A stretch of DNA of 64,000 bases from Calcarisporiella thermophila CBS 279.70 (lineage: Eukaryota; Fungi; Calcarisporiellomycota): positions 157,952 through 221,951 of the forward strand of contig NW_027192223.1 in NCBI RefSeq assembly GCF_041956535.1, in the 5' to 3' direction. Below the pieces are notes generated by a model, which was not told the DNA's origin, did no database searches, and saw only the letters and a list, made by a program, of their open reading frames with translations. A program made the translations under genes and the position numbers. Position 1 is the first letter of the stretch. Each line of letters begins with the position of its first letter. This document shows positions 54,738 through 64,000 of the stretch, one piece after another.

Positions 54738-57700
54738 ATGGCTTTGAAGAGAGATTTCTTGTCCCGCTCCGAATCAAATGAACACGATAGAAAATATCTA
54801 TCCCAGCGAGCCACCTTTTCTGGTGGCTCCGGTAAAATGGCATCCAGGTGTACCGGAAATGAGACCAAGATTATGAATGTTAGCGAGAAGCGTCCCGAGA
54901 TTCTTGCGTGTGCAGAACAAAGATGTCCTGAAGTAGAAGAGCTGCCTATGGGTATCGAAAGTAGTATATGAATTGCCACTGATCGTAGCGCTTGGCAATT
55001 ATAATTAATTATCTATTACCTAAAAAATATCTAGGTGTAGCACGGCACTCTTCTAAATATCGGGAGCAAAATCAATACTATCAAGTCTATTCTACCCCGA
55101 CTAACGCTGCTGGCCCTGCAACTCAAAAGCATGATCAGAACGAGCCACGGCGCTTCTCAGATGGCTATTATTTTGCAGCTGTAGATCCACGCACCACTAC
55201 TTCTGATTATCATTCTCTCAAGGCGGACGAGGCTCTTGCTTACATGAAGCATCTTGCTAGGGAGACTAGTCTAGCAAATGAATGGAAAAGAGTTTTAAAA
55301 ATAAAGAGTGGCCTCGAGGTATGCATGTATAGGCCAACTGGTGGCAGTAAGCGTGAAAAGGAGCCACCAGTTTTTCGGGGAGAAGCAATCATTAAGGACT
55401 TCACTCCTCAGGCCATTTTTTATGTCATTGGGAATAGACAGTTGTGGGATGAGTGGTAAACACATTAATGGAACTTTTGTTAGTTTGTGAACTTAGTGGT
55501 TGGTTTATCTCAATACATTCATATATATCTAGGTATGAAGATGGCCACTTATTAGAGAATCTTAATGAAAGAACATCTTTAACCTACGAAGCACTTAAAG
55601 GATCAGCACTTTTAAGGTGAGAGCCAACGAATCAATTTTATTCCATCACAACGCTGATGGATTCTCCTGGTAACTAGGCCCAGAGATGTTGCGCTTGTGG
55701 AGACAGTCGAGTACACGCAGCAAGGCGGCATCTATTTTGCTTCGACCTCAGTCGAGACGCCTAAAGCTCCTCGTCGAAACGGACATATTCGGGCACGCGT
55801 ACGCCTCGCAGGCTGGGTCCTGGAACCAAACTCCGATGATCCTATTGCAACAAAAGTTACTTATTTTTTACAAGAGGAGATTAAAGGATGGATCCCAAAG
55901 TTTGCAGCGAAAAGATTTCTTGCCCGCAGAGCCCTTGTAATTGAAGCGATTAATAGTTTCCTTGTCACCAAGGGTGCTGTTCTACGTGCTTCCCGTCAAC
56001 CTCAAATCAGACCTAATAGCTATCATCTAGGGGGATCTACTGAGCCTCCTGCTCTTACCCTTACCACTGAACATGTTCCTTCAACCCAAATAGAAAAAAA
56101 TGCTGAAACTAGTAGTAAAAGTGATCAAGGTAGGCGAATACGCCGAAGCCTTTCAATGTCTAGCTTGGGCCATCCATCATCGTCGAAGCGTTCGATTGCC
56201 TCCAAGACGGCTACTGCAAGAGCTGTCCGCCCTTCCACTGCTGAGAAAAAACAGTCTGCCCACCAGTCAACGACAAAGGCGTCTGGATCTTCAGCTTCGC
56301 AACGTCATCGCCACTCCAATATTGCGTCAAAAGCTATGGAAGCACTTAAATCTTACTCCTTGGGACATGACGATTGGATATTTCAAAGAGACTGCGGAGG
56401 TGTCCGGCTCTATACACGAGAGAGTGACAACTTAGTGCGAGGGGAGAGTATAGTGCAAGGTAGTTGGACTGCAGAACAAGTTGCTGCTACAATATTTTCA
56501 GCTGGTGCAAGAAAGATTTGTAAGTAATTGCCTTAGACTTATCGTTTCATTTATGTTTCTATGTAGTCCTTATCGGCTATTCCTATGTATAATATTCATT
56601 ATAGGGGATCGATGCTTCGTAGATGGTGTAGTAATTGAGCATTTTGGGTCTAAAGAGCTATTATTCTTGCAAAAGATGAAGAACCTGGTTCCGAATGGGT
56701 AAGTATCCATGGAATGCTTTTCATCTTGGTAACCTGGGGCTAAAATCATTTATCAGAGTAAATAAGGTGTTGACGATAGTATCGTTTGAGAGAGATACCT
56801 CAACTGGTACCATTTATATAGCCTCCAGCAGTGTGAATGACGAATCTGTCGCGATTTCTCCCAGTATACACATTGAGTTGGATGGCTGGATTATTCGACC
56901 CTCAACCGCTGAAAAAGGTTTATCCACAAGCATTGAGATTACACGTATAGTGAAATGGGCACTCCCTGCTGATCACTACACACTTTCGGTGGATTACCCT
57001 GCTAACTGCGCTGGGAAAGTTGCTGATTTCTTACGATGTCACGGCTATCCACCATATGCGCGCCGAGTTGCTGGTCGAGTGCTCTCAGAGATATATCGTG
57101 TTTCCTCTGCATATGAATTTGTATATACTGTGAGATATGCTCCTCTCTTTAAGGGGACCGGTTGGTACACTGAGCTTAGGCTTGCGGGCGCTTTCCCCCA
57201 TGGATATGATGCCCAAATTACTCCCGATCCGCGTGAGGGAGGCCTAAGAGTTGAGCTTTCTCCAGATTCATGTGGTTTACGCATATTTGTTGCAGATGAA
57301 TCTCTGGATGGAAGACAGGTATTTGTGAGAGTTAAACCTTCAACGCAGGAGAAAAAGTGTATCAATGGTATAGCCCTAGTGGCACCCGCAGATGCAAGAA
57401 GAGTCTCTTCAACCTCGTCCAATGCAGCTAATAATCACCGCTCTCCACCTGAAACACCATCAGAACAAATTGTGAGTGTCCCGTCTAGAGCCAAACGCGA
57501 GGTGTCGGAAGAGGAAGCAAAACGTAACACTTCAATTGGTAACGCAGGTGTAAATAAAGATGCTGGGAATCAATCTTGGAAGAGATTGCGGGTTTTGACT
57601 TCAGATACGCTAGTTGGGTCAGAGCAAGAAGAGCCAGTAAAGGAAAAGTTGCTGGATAAGCTGCCTTTTGGTATTGTCCCATCCGATCCTCCACTTCCTC

Positions 57701-58194
57701 AGATAGCGGCTGCTGAGCAGTCGACTGGATATAAGCCAGAGTCGGTTGCAGTTGACTCAATCCGAAACCCATTCCTGAAAACACCCTCGTACGGCAAAAA
57801 GGTACTGAAATTGAAATAAAAACTATAATACTGGTTACTACATAATATTTAACTGTATTACATCTTCTATTGTAGCGTCGAATTAACGCCACTTTAATAC
57901 TTGGAGAGGATCTCACACTTAATGCCAAAGAACTTCTTCTATTTCTCTTTGGGATGCTGGTATGCTATTATATGGGGAAGATTTCATGTCAGACCACCTG
58001 AGACTACTGTTTATGTAGCCGCTTCTAACTTTGATTCAGTTCTGATATCCTTTAACGTTATTTTTTCCAAGTTATTTTTACGCTGAGTATTGTATCTCAA
58101 TAGGGTTCATTTTATTATTTTTGTTTAGGCCGTTATTTTTTTCATTCTTTCATTTCATGCCATTAAGAATTGTCGAAATAAATATTGTGGTTGA
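54738..58194 (+). CDS. Multi-START (StAR-related lipid transfer) domain protein with C-terminal membrane anchor
   Basis: START motifs 'W......G..V......PVFRGE.II', 'RQLWDEWY', 'ASTSV..P.......RA....GWVLEP', and a second START-like unit. Hydrophobic C-terminus; final exon boundary approximate. Confidence 0.75.
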
Positions 58195-58597
58195 ATTGAT
58201 ATCGATTAGTTTTTATAAAATTTTGGTAAAATATTATATTAACAAAATCTAGATTCTATCCTTTTTGTCGCGATATGCATATCGATTTTGCACACTGTCT
58301 CCATATAAACATATCAATTGGTATACAGCATATTGAATTTCCTAAGGATAATTTAATTGATGTTAGAACGCGCCAATTTTTGAAATTGTGGTATACACAA
58401 TAACCCTTTTATTTTTATTTGTGTCCTTCAGTCTATGAGCTTCATATTTATTTTGCTCACGTCAAACATCCTGATATCAATTTAAATCACGAACTCAATA
58501 GTTAAATAAAAAAATTTTTAAATAATATTACTTTAAACTCCAAGCCAGAGTTATATTATTAAAAGCAGGGGGGGGGGTTAACACAAAATAAAAATAA

Positions 58598-58669
58598 AGG
58601 AGAACTCGGGATTTGAACCCGAAACCTTAAGATCTGCAGTCTCACGCTCTACCGTTGAGCTAGCTCTCC
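58598..58669 (-). tRNA. tRNA-Cys(GCA)
   Basis: Cloverleaf GGAGAGC-TA-GCTC/GAGC-TGAGA-CT GCA GA-TCTTA-AGGTT-TCGGG TTCAAAT CCCGA-GTTCTCC-T. U73 discriminator, intronless, followed by T-runs (Pol III terminator). Confidence 0.93.
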
Positions 58670-58752
58670 AAATTCGGGATAGCTGTTGGAATCGTATCGA
58701 GATATCTGTAGTAGGACAACCAAGCCAAGCCACGTAATCCCTCAAGCCCTGC

Positions 58753-59089
58753 GGGGGAGGGTTAGTGTAGTTGACTATCCCTGGGATGCCGATGAGAACG
58801 GCGTGGGTTCGAATCCCACTTCCCCCACCAGCACTTACTCTTAGTTTGTGACTGCTATCCACTTGATCAGAAGCTGAGTCTTGATTATTGAAAAGATCGC
58901 CCTTACGATAAGTACAACGATTACATTGGTTTCACGTACATGCTATTCACGTCAACTACGATACACGCATATCGATTGAACGTCTATCGATCAAGGACCT
59001 ATATCTCGTTATGTTAAGTCCATTGACATTAACTTCATGTAATATATGGAAATTAAATAAAAGTTTCCATTGATTGATCAAAAAAAAAA
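58753..59089 (+). mobile_element. tRNA-derived SINE, copy 1 (3' A-tail runs into the gap)
   Basis: Head at 58753-58830 has an A-box-like TAGTGTAGTTG, B box GGTTCGAATCC and encoded ACCA. It is followed by a ~250-nt body and the tail AATAAAAGTTTCCATTGATTGATC-A10. Near-identical to 63436-63766. Confidence 0.88.
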
Positions 59090-59903
59090 NNNNNNNNNNN
59101 NNNNNNNNNNNNNNNNNNNNNNNNNNNNNNNNNNNNNNNNNNNNNNNNNNNNNNNNNNNNNNNNNNNNNNNNNNNNNNNNNNNNNNNNNNNNNNNNNNNN
59201 NNNNNNNNNNNNNNNNNNNNNNNNNNNNNNNNNNNNNNNNNNNNNNNNNNNNNNNNNNNNNNNNNNNNNNNNNNNNNNNNNNNNNNNNNNNNNNNNNNNN
59301 NNNNNNNNNNNNNNNNNNNNNNNNNNNNNNNNNNNNNNNNNNNNNNNNNNNNNNNNNNNNNNNNNNNNNNNNNNNNNNNNNNNNNNNNNNNNNNNNNNNN
59401 NNNNNNNNNNNNNNNNNNNNNNNNNNNNNNNNNNNNNNNNNNNNNNNNNNNNNNNNNNNNNNNNNNNNNNNNNNNNNNNNNNNNNNNNNNNNNNNNNNNN
59501 NNNNNNNNNNNNNNNNNNNNNNNNNNNNNNNNNNNNNNNNNNNNNNNNNNNNNNNNNNNNNNNNNNNNNNNNNNNNNNNNNNNNNNNNNNNNNNNNNNNN
59601 NNNNNNNNNNNNNNNNNNNNNNNNNNNNNNNNNNNNNNNNNNNNNNNNNNNNNNNNNNNNNNNNNNNNNNNNNNNNNNNNNNNNNNNNNNNNNNNNNNNN
59701 NNNNNNNNNNNNNNNNNNNNNNNNNNNNNNNNNNNNNNNNNNNNNNNNNNNNNNNNNNNNNNNNNNNNNNNNNNNNNNNNNNNNNNNNNNNNNNNNNNNN
59801 NNNNNNNNNNNNNNNNNNNNNNNNNNNNNNNNNNNNNNNNNNNNNNNNNNNNNNNNNNNNNNNNNNNNNNNNNNNNNNNNNNNNNNNNNNNNNNNNNNNN
59901 NNN
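59090..59903. other. Assembly gap (N run)
   Basis: Run of n characters. Confidence 1.
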
Positions 59904-59933
59904 AAAAGTTGGAAATTCACATGTAATTTATGG

Positions 59934-60158
59934 CAGGGAGCGGAAATAGAAAGTTCGGATAGAGCAAGACTAAAACTGGAGTGACGAAGCAACCCTTCCT
60001 CTCTCCCAATCCGCTCTTTCCCTCCTCCCCTCCTCTTTACTTCATATCTTTCATATATTCTCACCTCTTTATTCCCCTCTTTCTTATTTCATTGTAATCA
60101 TTAAACTCTTGTAAGCTACGGAAACTAATAAAAGTCTCCGTTGATTGATCAAAAAAAA
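59934..60158 (+). mobile_element. 5'-truncated non-LTR element end (LINE-c) sharing the SINE 3' tail, flanked by a 17-bp TSD
   Basis: Perfect direct repeat TCACATGTAATTTATGG at 59917-59933 and 60159-60175. The insert has a short ORF end (..GAEIESSDRARLKLE*), a pyrimidine-rich UTR and the tail ACGGAAACTAATAAAAGTCTCCGTTGATTGATC-A8. Confidence 0.75.
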
Positions 60159-60215
60159 TCACATGTAATTTATGGAAAATAATAAAAGTTTCCATCGATT
60201 GATCAAAACAAAAAA
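60159..60215 (+). mobile_element. 3' tail of a further SINE/LINE-family copy (interrupted by LINE-c; its body probably lies in the gap)
   Basis: CATGTAATTTATGGAAAATAATAAAAGTTTCCATCGATTGATC followed by an A-rich run; matches the SINE tail. Confidence 0.7.
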
Positions 60216-60227
60216 GATGGGATACAT

Positions 60228-60520
60228 AGGTAAGGAATGGGTGTAGTGGCCTAGCTCGGGAATGTTGAAGGTATCGGTGTGGGTTCAAATCTCATTTCCC
60301 CTACCAGCACTCGCTCCTAGTTTTTGACTGCTGTTCACTTGATTAATTTTTGATTCTTTATTATTGGGTCCATCACTCCTAGTGGAATACACTGATTTTA
60401 TTTATTTGACCTACACACCATTCACGACAAAGATGCACGCTTCCGATTTCTCTCAAAGTTAAATCTGTTAGAATTAACTTAATGTAGTATTTAGAAATAT
60501 TAATGCTAATAATGTTTCTG
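60228..60520 (+). mobile_element. Diverged (older) SINE copy 3
   Basis: GTGTAGTGG A box, GGTTCAAAT B-box remnant and CCCCTACCA. Body CCAGCACTCGCTCCTAGTTTTTGACTGCTGTTCACTTGAT and ATTCACGACAA align with copies 1 and 2. End approximate. Confidence 0.7.
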
Positions 60521-60645
60521 TAACAGGACCAAGCCACCATCTCTCTATCCTGATTCAATATTTCCTTTTATATGCTCATTGGTTCCCACGCTGATTAAGG
60601 TTTATCTTGTTTACTATTTAAGCCTCGATCTTTGTTTATTATTCC

Positions 60646-60704
60646 TTGCCCATTGTTTGCCCATTCTTTGGCCCACCTTTGTCCATTTGTCCATTTTGTT
60701 CATT
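60646..60704. repeat. Degenerate short tandem repeat (TTTGYCCA-like units)
   Basis: ttgcccattg tttgcccattc tttggcccacc tttgtcca tttgtcca ttttgttcatt. Confidence 0.5.
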
Positions 60705-61482
60705 ATTCTAATTGAATTAAGACCACATTTCATATATATTCAATAAGGATCCGAATCATTAACAGTCTCAGAACTGTTACAGTTTCAGTTAATTGATAAA
60801 ATAAACTTTTTTTGGGCCATGGAAGAATAGCACCAGAAAATTTTTCAAGCTCTTCCAAATCCTCAACCTCCCATTCAACACCAAGAATATCTTTCCTGGA
60901 AAGCCCAAGTTTGATAAAAAAGTACAACCGAGGAAGAATAAAGCAAAATGTGGAACCCTCACTGATCTAGGCCATCTAACATAGTGAATAGTGCTCGACC
61001 AACCGAAATCTCTCAAAGGAGCAGAAAAGGGTACAATAAAGGTTATAGTTCTCTTGAAACCCACCTATTCTGCTAAACATTTATAGTGGTATTAATTTTT
61101 CCTGCAACAAATTAATTCACGAAGCACTATTTTAAAATAATTGTAGTTATCTAAACATATGTAATTTTGTTGTTTAATTAGTCATTCGTATTAGACATAA
61201 TATGTGCAAACATATGGGTGTAAATCTTCTAGAAGAATTAGTCCCGTTAGCGAGGGTCAAAATCCATAAAATGGCGGTTTGGGTCAGAAATTGATACAAC
61301 TCAACGTGATGGCAATGGAGAGATATTTTTTCAGGTTGAGATAAAATTCGGGACTATTTTGAAGCTCAGTTTCAATAATAAATAACTGCCGAAGGGAATG
61401 CAATAGTTGGTACAAGCAAGTTAAATATCCCTTTGAAAAACTTTTTACCCTCCTTTTTTTTGCTACTGAATGAGCGCTAAGC

Positions 61483-62444
61483 TTTTTCAATATCTTTATA
61501 TTATTATTTAAGGGTTATATGCTCGAAAATTGACTTTTTTGGTCTTTTTACACTGGAGTTGCATGTTAGATTTTGTTGGGGCATTAATACAACTCTTTAT
61601 TAATCCAAACAAACGTAGCAAAATAACTATCTAAAAATAATAATTGCTAATGGTTCAACAGAGGTCGACTCAAAAAGAGGTTGTCATAGTAATAGCAAAA
61701 GTGATTAAGGGTAATATAAAACTGATTAAAAATAAGTCGAATAAGAACTTGAGAATGTACGCATGTATTTAAACACCAACAGTTATTGGTAGTCCAGTGC
61801 TTCACCACGAATTCCTTCCACATCGAGTTGATGGTAATATCTTGCAAATATGATTGTTCGATTCCTACAGCCTCCTCAATATCCATTTTGGCCCGGCTGA
61901 CGATAGTTTCGGATGAGGCTGGGGTACTTTTAAAACGAAAGGCAATACGATCCCGATGAATTTTCCATAGTACCGAGTCAAAGGTGATTTGAGCCACGTG
62001 CTTTGCTGTTCGAGAGGATTCAGATAGATCCCCTAATATGAGGTTGCGAGCACTCATCACCTGAAAATTCTGGGGGCCTGTGATGGTGGTAATACACCTC
62101 TTCGTCCACTGCCACACTGATGTAAATTCTGGACATTCGAAAGAGGTATGACGAATTGTGTTCCTCGAAGCGTTACAGCGGGTACACATTAGATCGTGAC
62201 CAGGGAGTGTCAAGTTAGCGGTAACTCGTTCTACAAGAATTTGCCAACGTAGCGCACGATGTTTTGGGAGGGCGGGTACTCTGTGGACGGAGGTCCGGAT
62301 CTTCTCCTAATCCTTGGGTGTAGATCCAACCTCGGATCAGGATCGAAGCACCAGAGTATTCGGCACTAGAGATCCGCTGCGCTGGGAATGACGTCCAGCG
62401 AAGGGTTCTATGCTTGGGTTCTGACGGACGACTTTTCCACCTGG
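61483..62444 (-). mobile_element. 5'-truncated L1/Tx1-like LINE (LINE-b), ORF2 zf-RVT and C-terminal relic
   Basis: Frame reads D*EKIRTSVHRVPALPKHRALRWQIL...CTRCNASRNTIRHTSFECPEFTSVW...LWKIHRDRIAFRF, i.e. a CxxC..H..C zf-RVT with one in-frame stop. The 5' end abuts the target repeat at 62445; the 3' end is tentative (A5 + GCTTAGC at 61476-61487). Confidence 0.8.
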
Positions 62445-62460
62445 CGTCACAAAAGCTAAG

Positions 62461-62981
62461 TTTTTTTTCCTCTAAGGACGCGGGAACTTGCGTCCTGTGG
62501 TTTATTTAATATATATTACAAATGTGAGATGTGCTTTCGGACAGACTTATTAAGTACTAGAAGAACATGGGATATAATTTAAAGAGTTCCGTGCTTGGAA
62601 ATGTCGGATTAAGTGTTCTTGGCTTCCTCGAAATCGAATGCTACTTCTTGGCTGTCATCGGTCCGGATTAGCGAGCTCTTTCCCCATTTTTGCTTGAACC
62701 CTTCTTCGTCTTTTTTCCTCTGTGCCTGTATCCATTGTCCTTTGATTGCTATGATAAGATCTGACAAAAAGATACACTTGAATGCGATGTCCTCGTGTTC
62801 TTGGTTATCCATTACAATTGCAATCCTGGTCTTATGTATATTCCACACCATGATATCGTGTAACAACATGAAGACTTGTCGATCTTTGCCCTGTGTCTCC
62901 TCGTGGAATCCGAAGAGTTTCTCGTACTTATGCATGCTTGTCCAGGGCTTATCGAGGATCTTTTGATGGAGCCTGTTAAAC
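62461..62981 (-). mobile_element. 5'-truncated L1/Tx1-like LINE (LINE-a) with poly(A) and perfect 16-bp TSD
   Basis: CGTCACAAAAGCTAAG at 62445-62460 and 62982-62997; T8 at 62461-62468. ORF2 C-terminus '..LFG...MVWNIHKTR...FKQKW'. 3' hairpin AGGACGC/GCGTCCT after AATAAA. Confidence 0.85.
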
Positions 62982-63110
62982 CGTCACAAAAGCTAAGCCT
63001 CCATCCTCTATTACTGCGCCATTGATCCATTTAGTTCCAAATTTCCTCACATCTGTTGCGTCGAATATATGTCTAATAAGGTTTATCTTGACAATCATCT
63101 AGCTATCCCC
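62982..63110 (-). repeat. Target repeat copy A (end of a degenerate ORF: ..VRKFGTKWINGAVIEDGGLAFV)
   Basis: About 66-70 bp align without gaps to 63767-63836. Confidence 0.7.
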
Positions 63111-63435
63111 AAGCTCTTGATTGTCCTTCCTTCAACACTTCAGAAGACTAATAAACAACACAAAGTGGATTGTAAATTAATCCGGTTCTATCTCAATACA
63201 AAATAGCACGTCTTTTATAGTAAATGAAATATCGGTCTTTTTATACTGTTGTTAACGTATCACATAGGGAAAAAATAAATAATAAAAGTAATAAAATGGC
63301 ATCATATCAATATAATAAAGTTATCATAAAATAAGGTTGGCGTAATAAACTACCGTATAATATTAAATATTCTCACAAAAGGGCTCAGTTAAAGAAATAA
63401 AGATAATAAAGCGATCAAGTCACAAAAGCTAAGCC

Positions 63436-63766
63436 TTTTTTTTGATCAATCAATGGAAACTTTTATTTAATTTCCATATATTACATGAAGCTAATGTCAA
63501 TGGACTTAACGAGATATAGGTCCCTGATCGATAGACTTTCAATCGATATGCGTGTATCGTAGTTGTCGTGAATAGCATGTACGTGAAACCGATGTAATCT
63601 TTTGTACTTATCGTAAGGGCGATCTTTTCAATAATCAAGACTCAGCTTCTGATCAAGTGGATAGCAGTCACAAACTAAGAGTAAGTGCTGGTGGGGGAGG
63701 TGGGATTCGAACCCACGCCGTTCTCATCGGCATCCCAGGGATAGTCCACTACACTAACCCTCCCCC
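63436..63766 (-). mobile_element. tRNA-derived SINE, copy 2, full length with 16-bp TSD
   Basis: Reverse complement of copy 1 (about ten differences by eye) with A box TAGTGTAGTGG, B box and an A8 tail. TSD TCACA(A/T)AAGCTAAGCC at 63420-63435 and 63767-63782. Confidence 0.92.
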
Positions 63767-63836
63767 TCACATAAGCTAAGCCTCCATTCTCTACTACTGC
63801 GCCATAAATCCATATTGTGCCAAATTTCCTCACAAC
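63767..63836 (-). repeat. Target repeat copy B (..VRKFGTIWIYGAVVENGGLA[SINE]FVT*)
   Basis: Homologous to copy A. After removing the SINE and one TSD, the frame ends GGC TTA GCT TTT GTG ACT TGA. Confidence 0.7.
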
Positions 63837-64000
63837 TAGGGTTGTAAAAACACAGGATAAAACACAGTATTTTTTGTTTTTTATGCGTGTGGGATATTTT
63901 GTATGATAAAACACATATCCGACAAAAAACACGGTTTTAGGGTCTCAGTAATATGATTGGATTGCCGTCACGTGGATTAAGCCACAGTAAAAATGTATAT
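63837..64000. mobile_element. Possible hAT-like DNA transposon/MITE terminus
   Basis: Homology to target copy A stops abruptly at TAGGGTTGTAAAA, which resembles the Ac terminus. It is followed by four AAAACAC repeats. The other end is not in the window. Confidence 0.3.

Noticed and set aside
58753-58830. Head of the SINE as a genuine tRNA, tRNA-Sec or tmRNA
   Set aside because: There is no anticodon loop (ATCCC-T-GGGAT), no TCA anticodon or extended Sec acceptor stem, and no T-run terminator after it. It continues into a conserved body with poly(A) and a TSD.
59070-60064. ORFs of ~300 aa made of X residues
   Set aside because: Artefacts of the N gap.
60730-61064. Short ORFs between the retroelement stacks
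   Set aside because: No recognisable motifs. They may be decayed repeat sequence but this cannot be supported.
58753-63766. The two inverted ~330-bp copies as terminal inverted repeats of one 5-kb DNA transposon
   Set aside because: Copy 2 has its own poly(A) and 16-bp TSD, the outer flanks share no TSD, and no transposase lies between them.
62445-63782. Four GTCACAAAAGCTAAG-type repeats as a CRISPR-like array
   Set aside because: The context is eukaryotic, spacing is irregular (350-540 bp), and the intervening segments end in poly(A). They are explained as TSDs.

Overview
Eukaryotic, intron-rich genomic DNA. Gene content (POM152, Zn2Cys6, Egh16-like) and short introns point to an early-diverging fungus; the species cannot be assigned from sequence alone. 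Positions 1-58.2 kb are a compact housekeeping region of about 19 protein genes: POM152, acid sphingomyelinase, a mucin-like membrane protein, TMEM184, POL5, GLN4, a TFIIIC subunit, SSL1, NDUFA6, UTP21, an AAA ATPase, YTM1, RPL4, an LRR protein, a GH35, SEC39, NUG1, an Egh16-like secreted protein, a Zn2Cys6/Rrn10-like protein and a START protein. The region is enriched in ribosome-biogenesis genes on short divergent promoters that share a GTCAC(A/T) motif. The TFIIIC-subunit gene appears to carry an AT-AC (U12-type) intron. The last ~5.5 kb hold a tRNA-Cys gene, an N-gap and a nest of non-LTR retroelements. The nest includes a tRNA(Leu-like)-headed SINE family (3 copies), 5'-truncated L1/Tx1-like LINE ends with 16-17 bp target-site duplications, a SINE/LINE shared 3' stem-loop with compensatory changes, and repeated insertion of different elements into one target sequence (GGCTTAGCTTTTGTGAC). 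Exon structures were read by eye; family calls come from motif recognition, not database searches.
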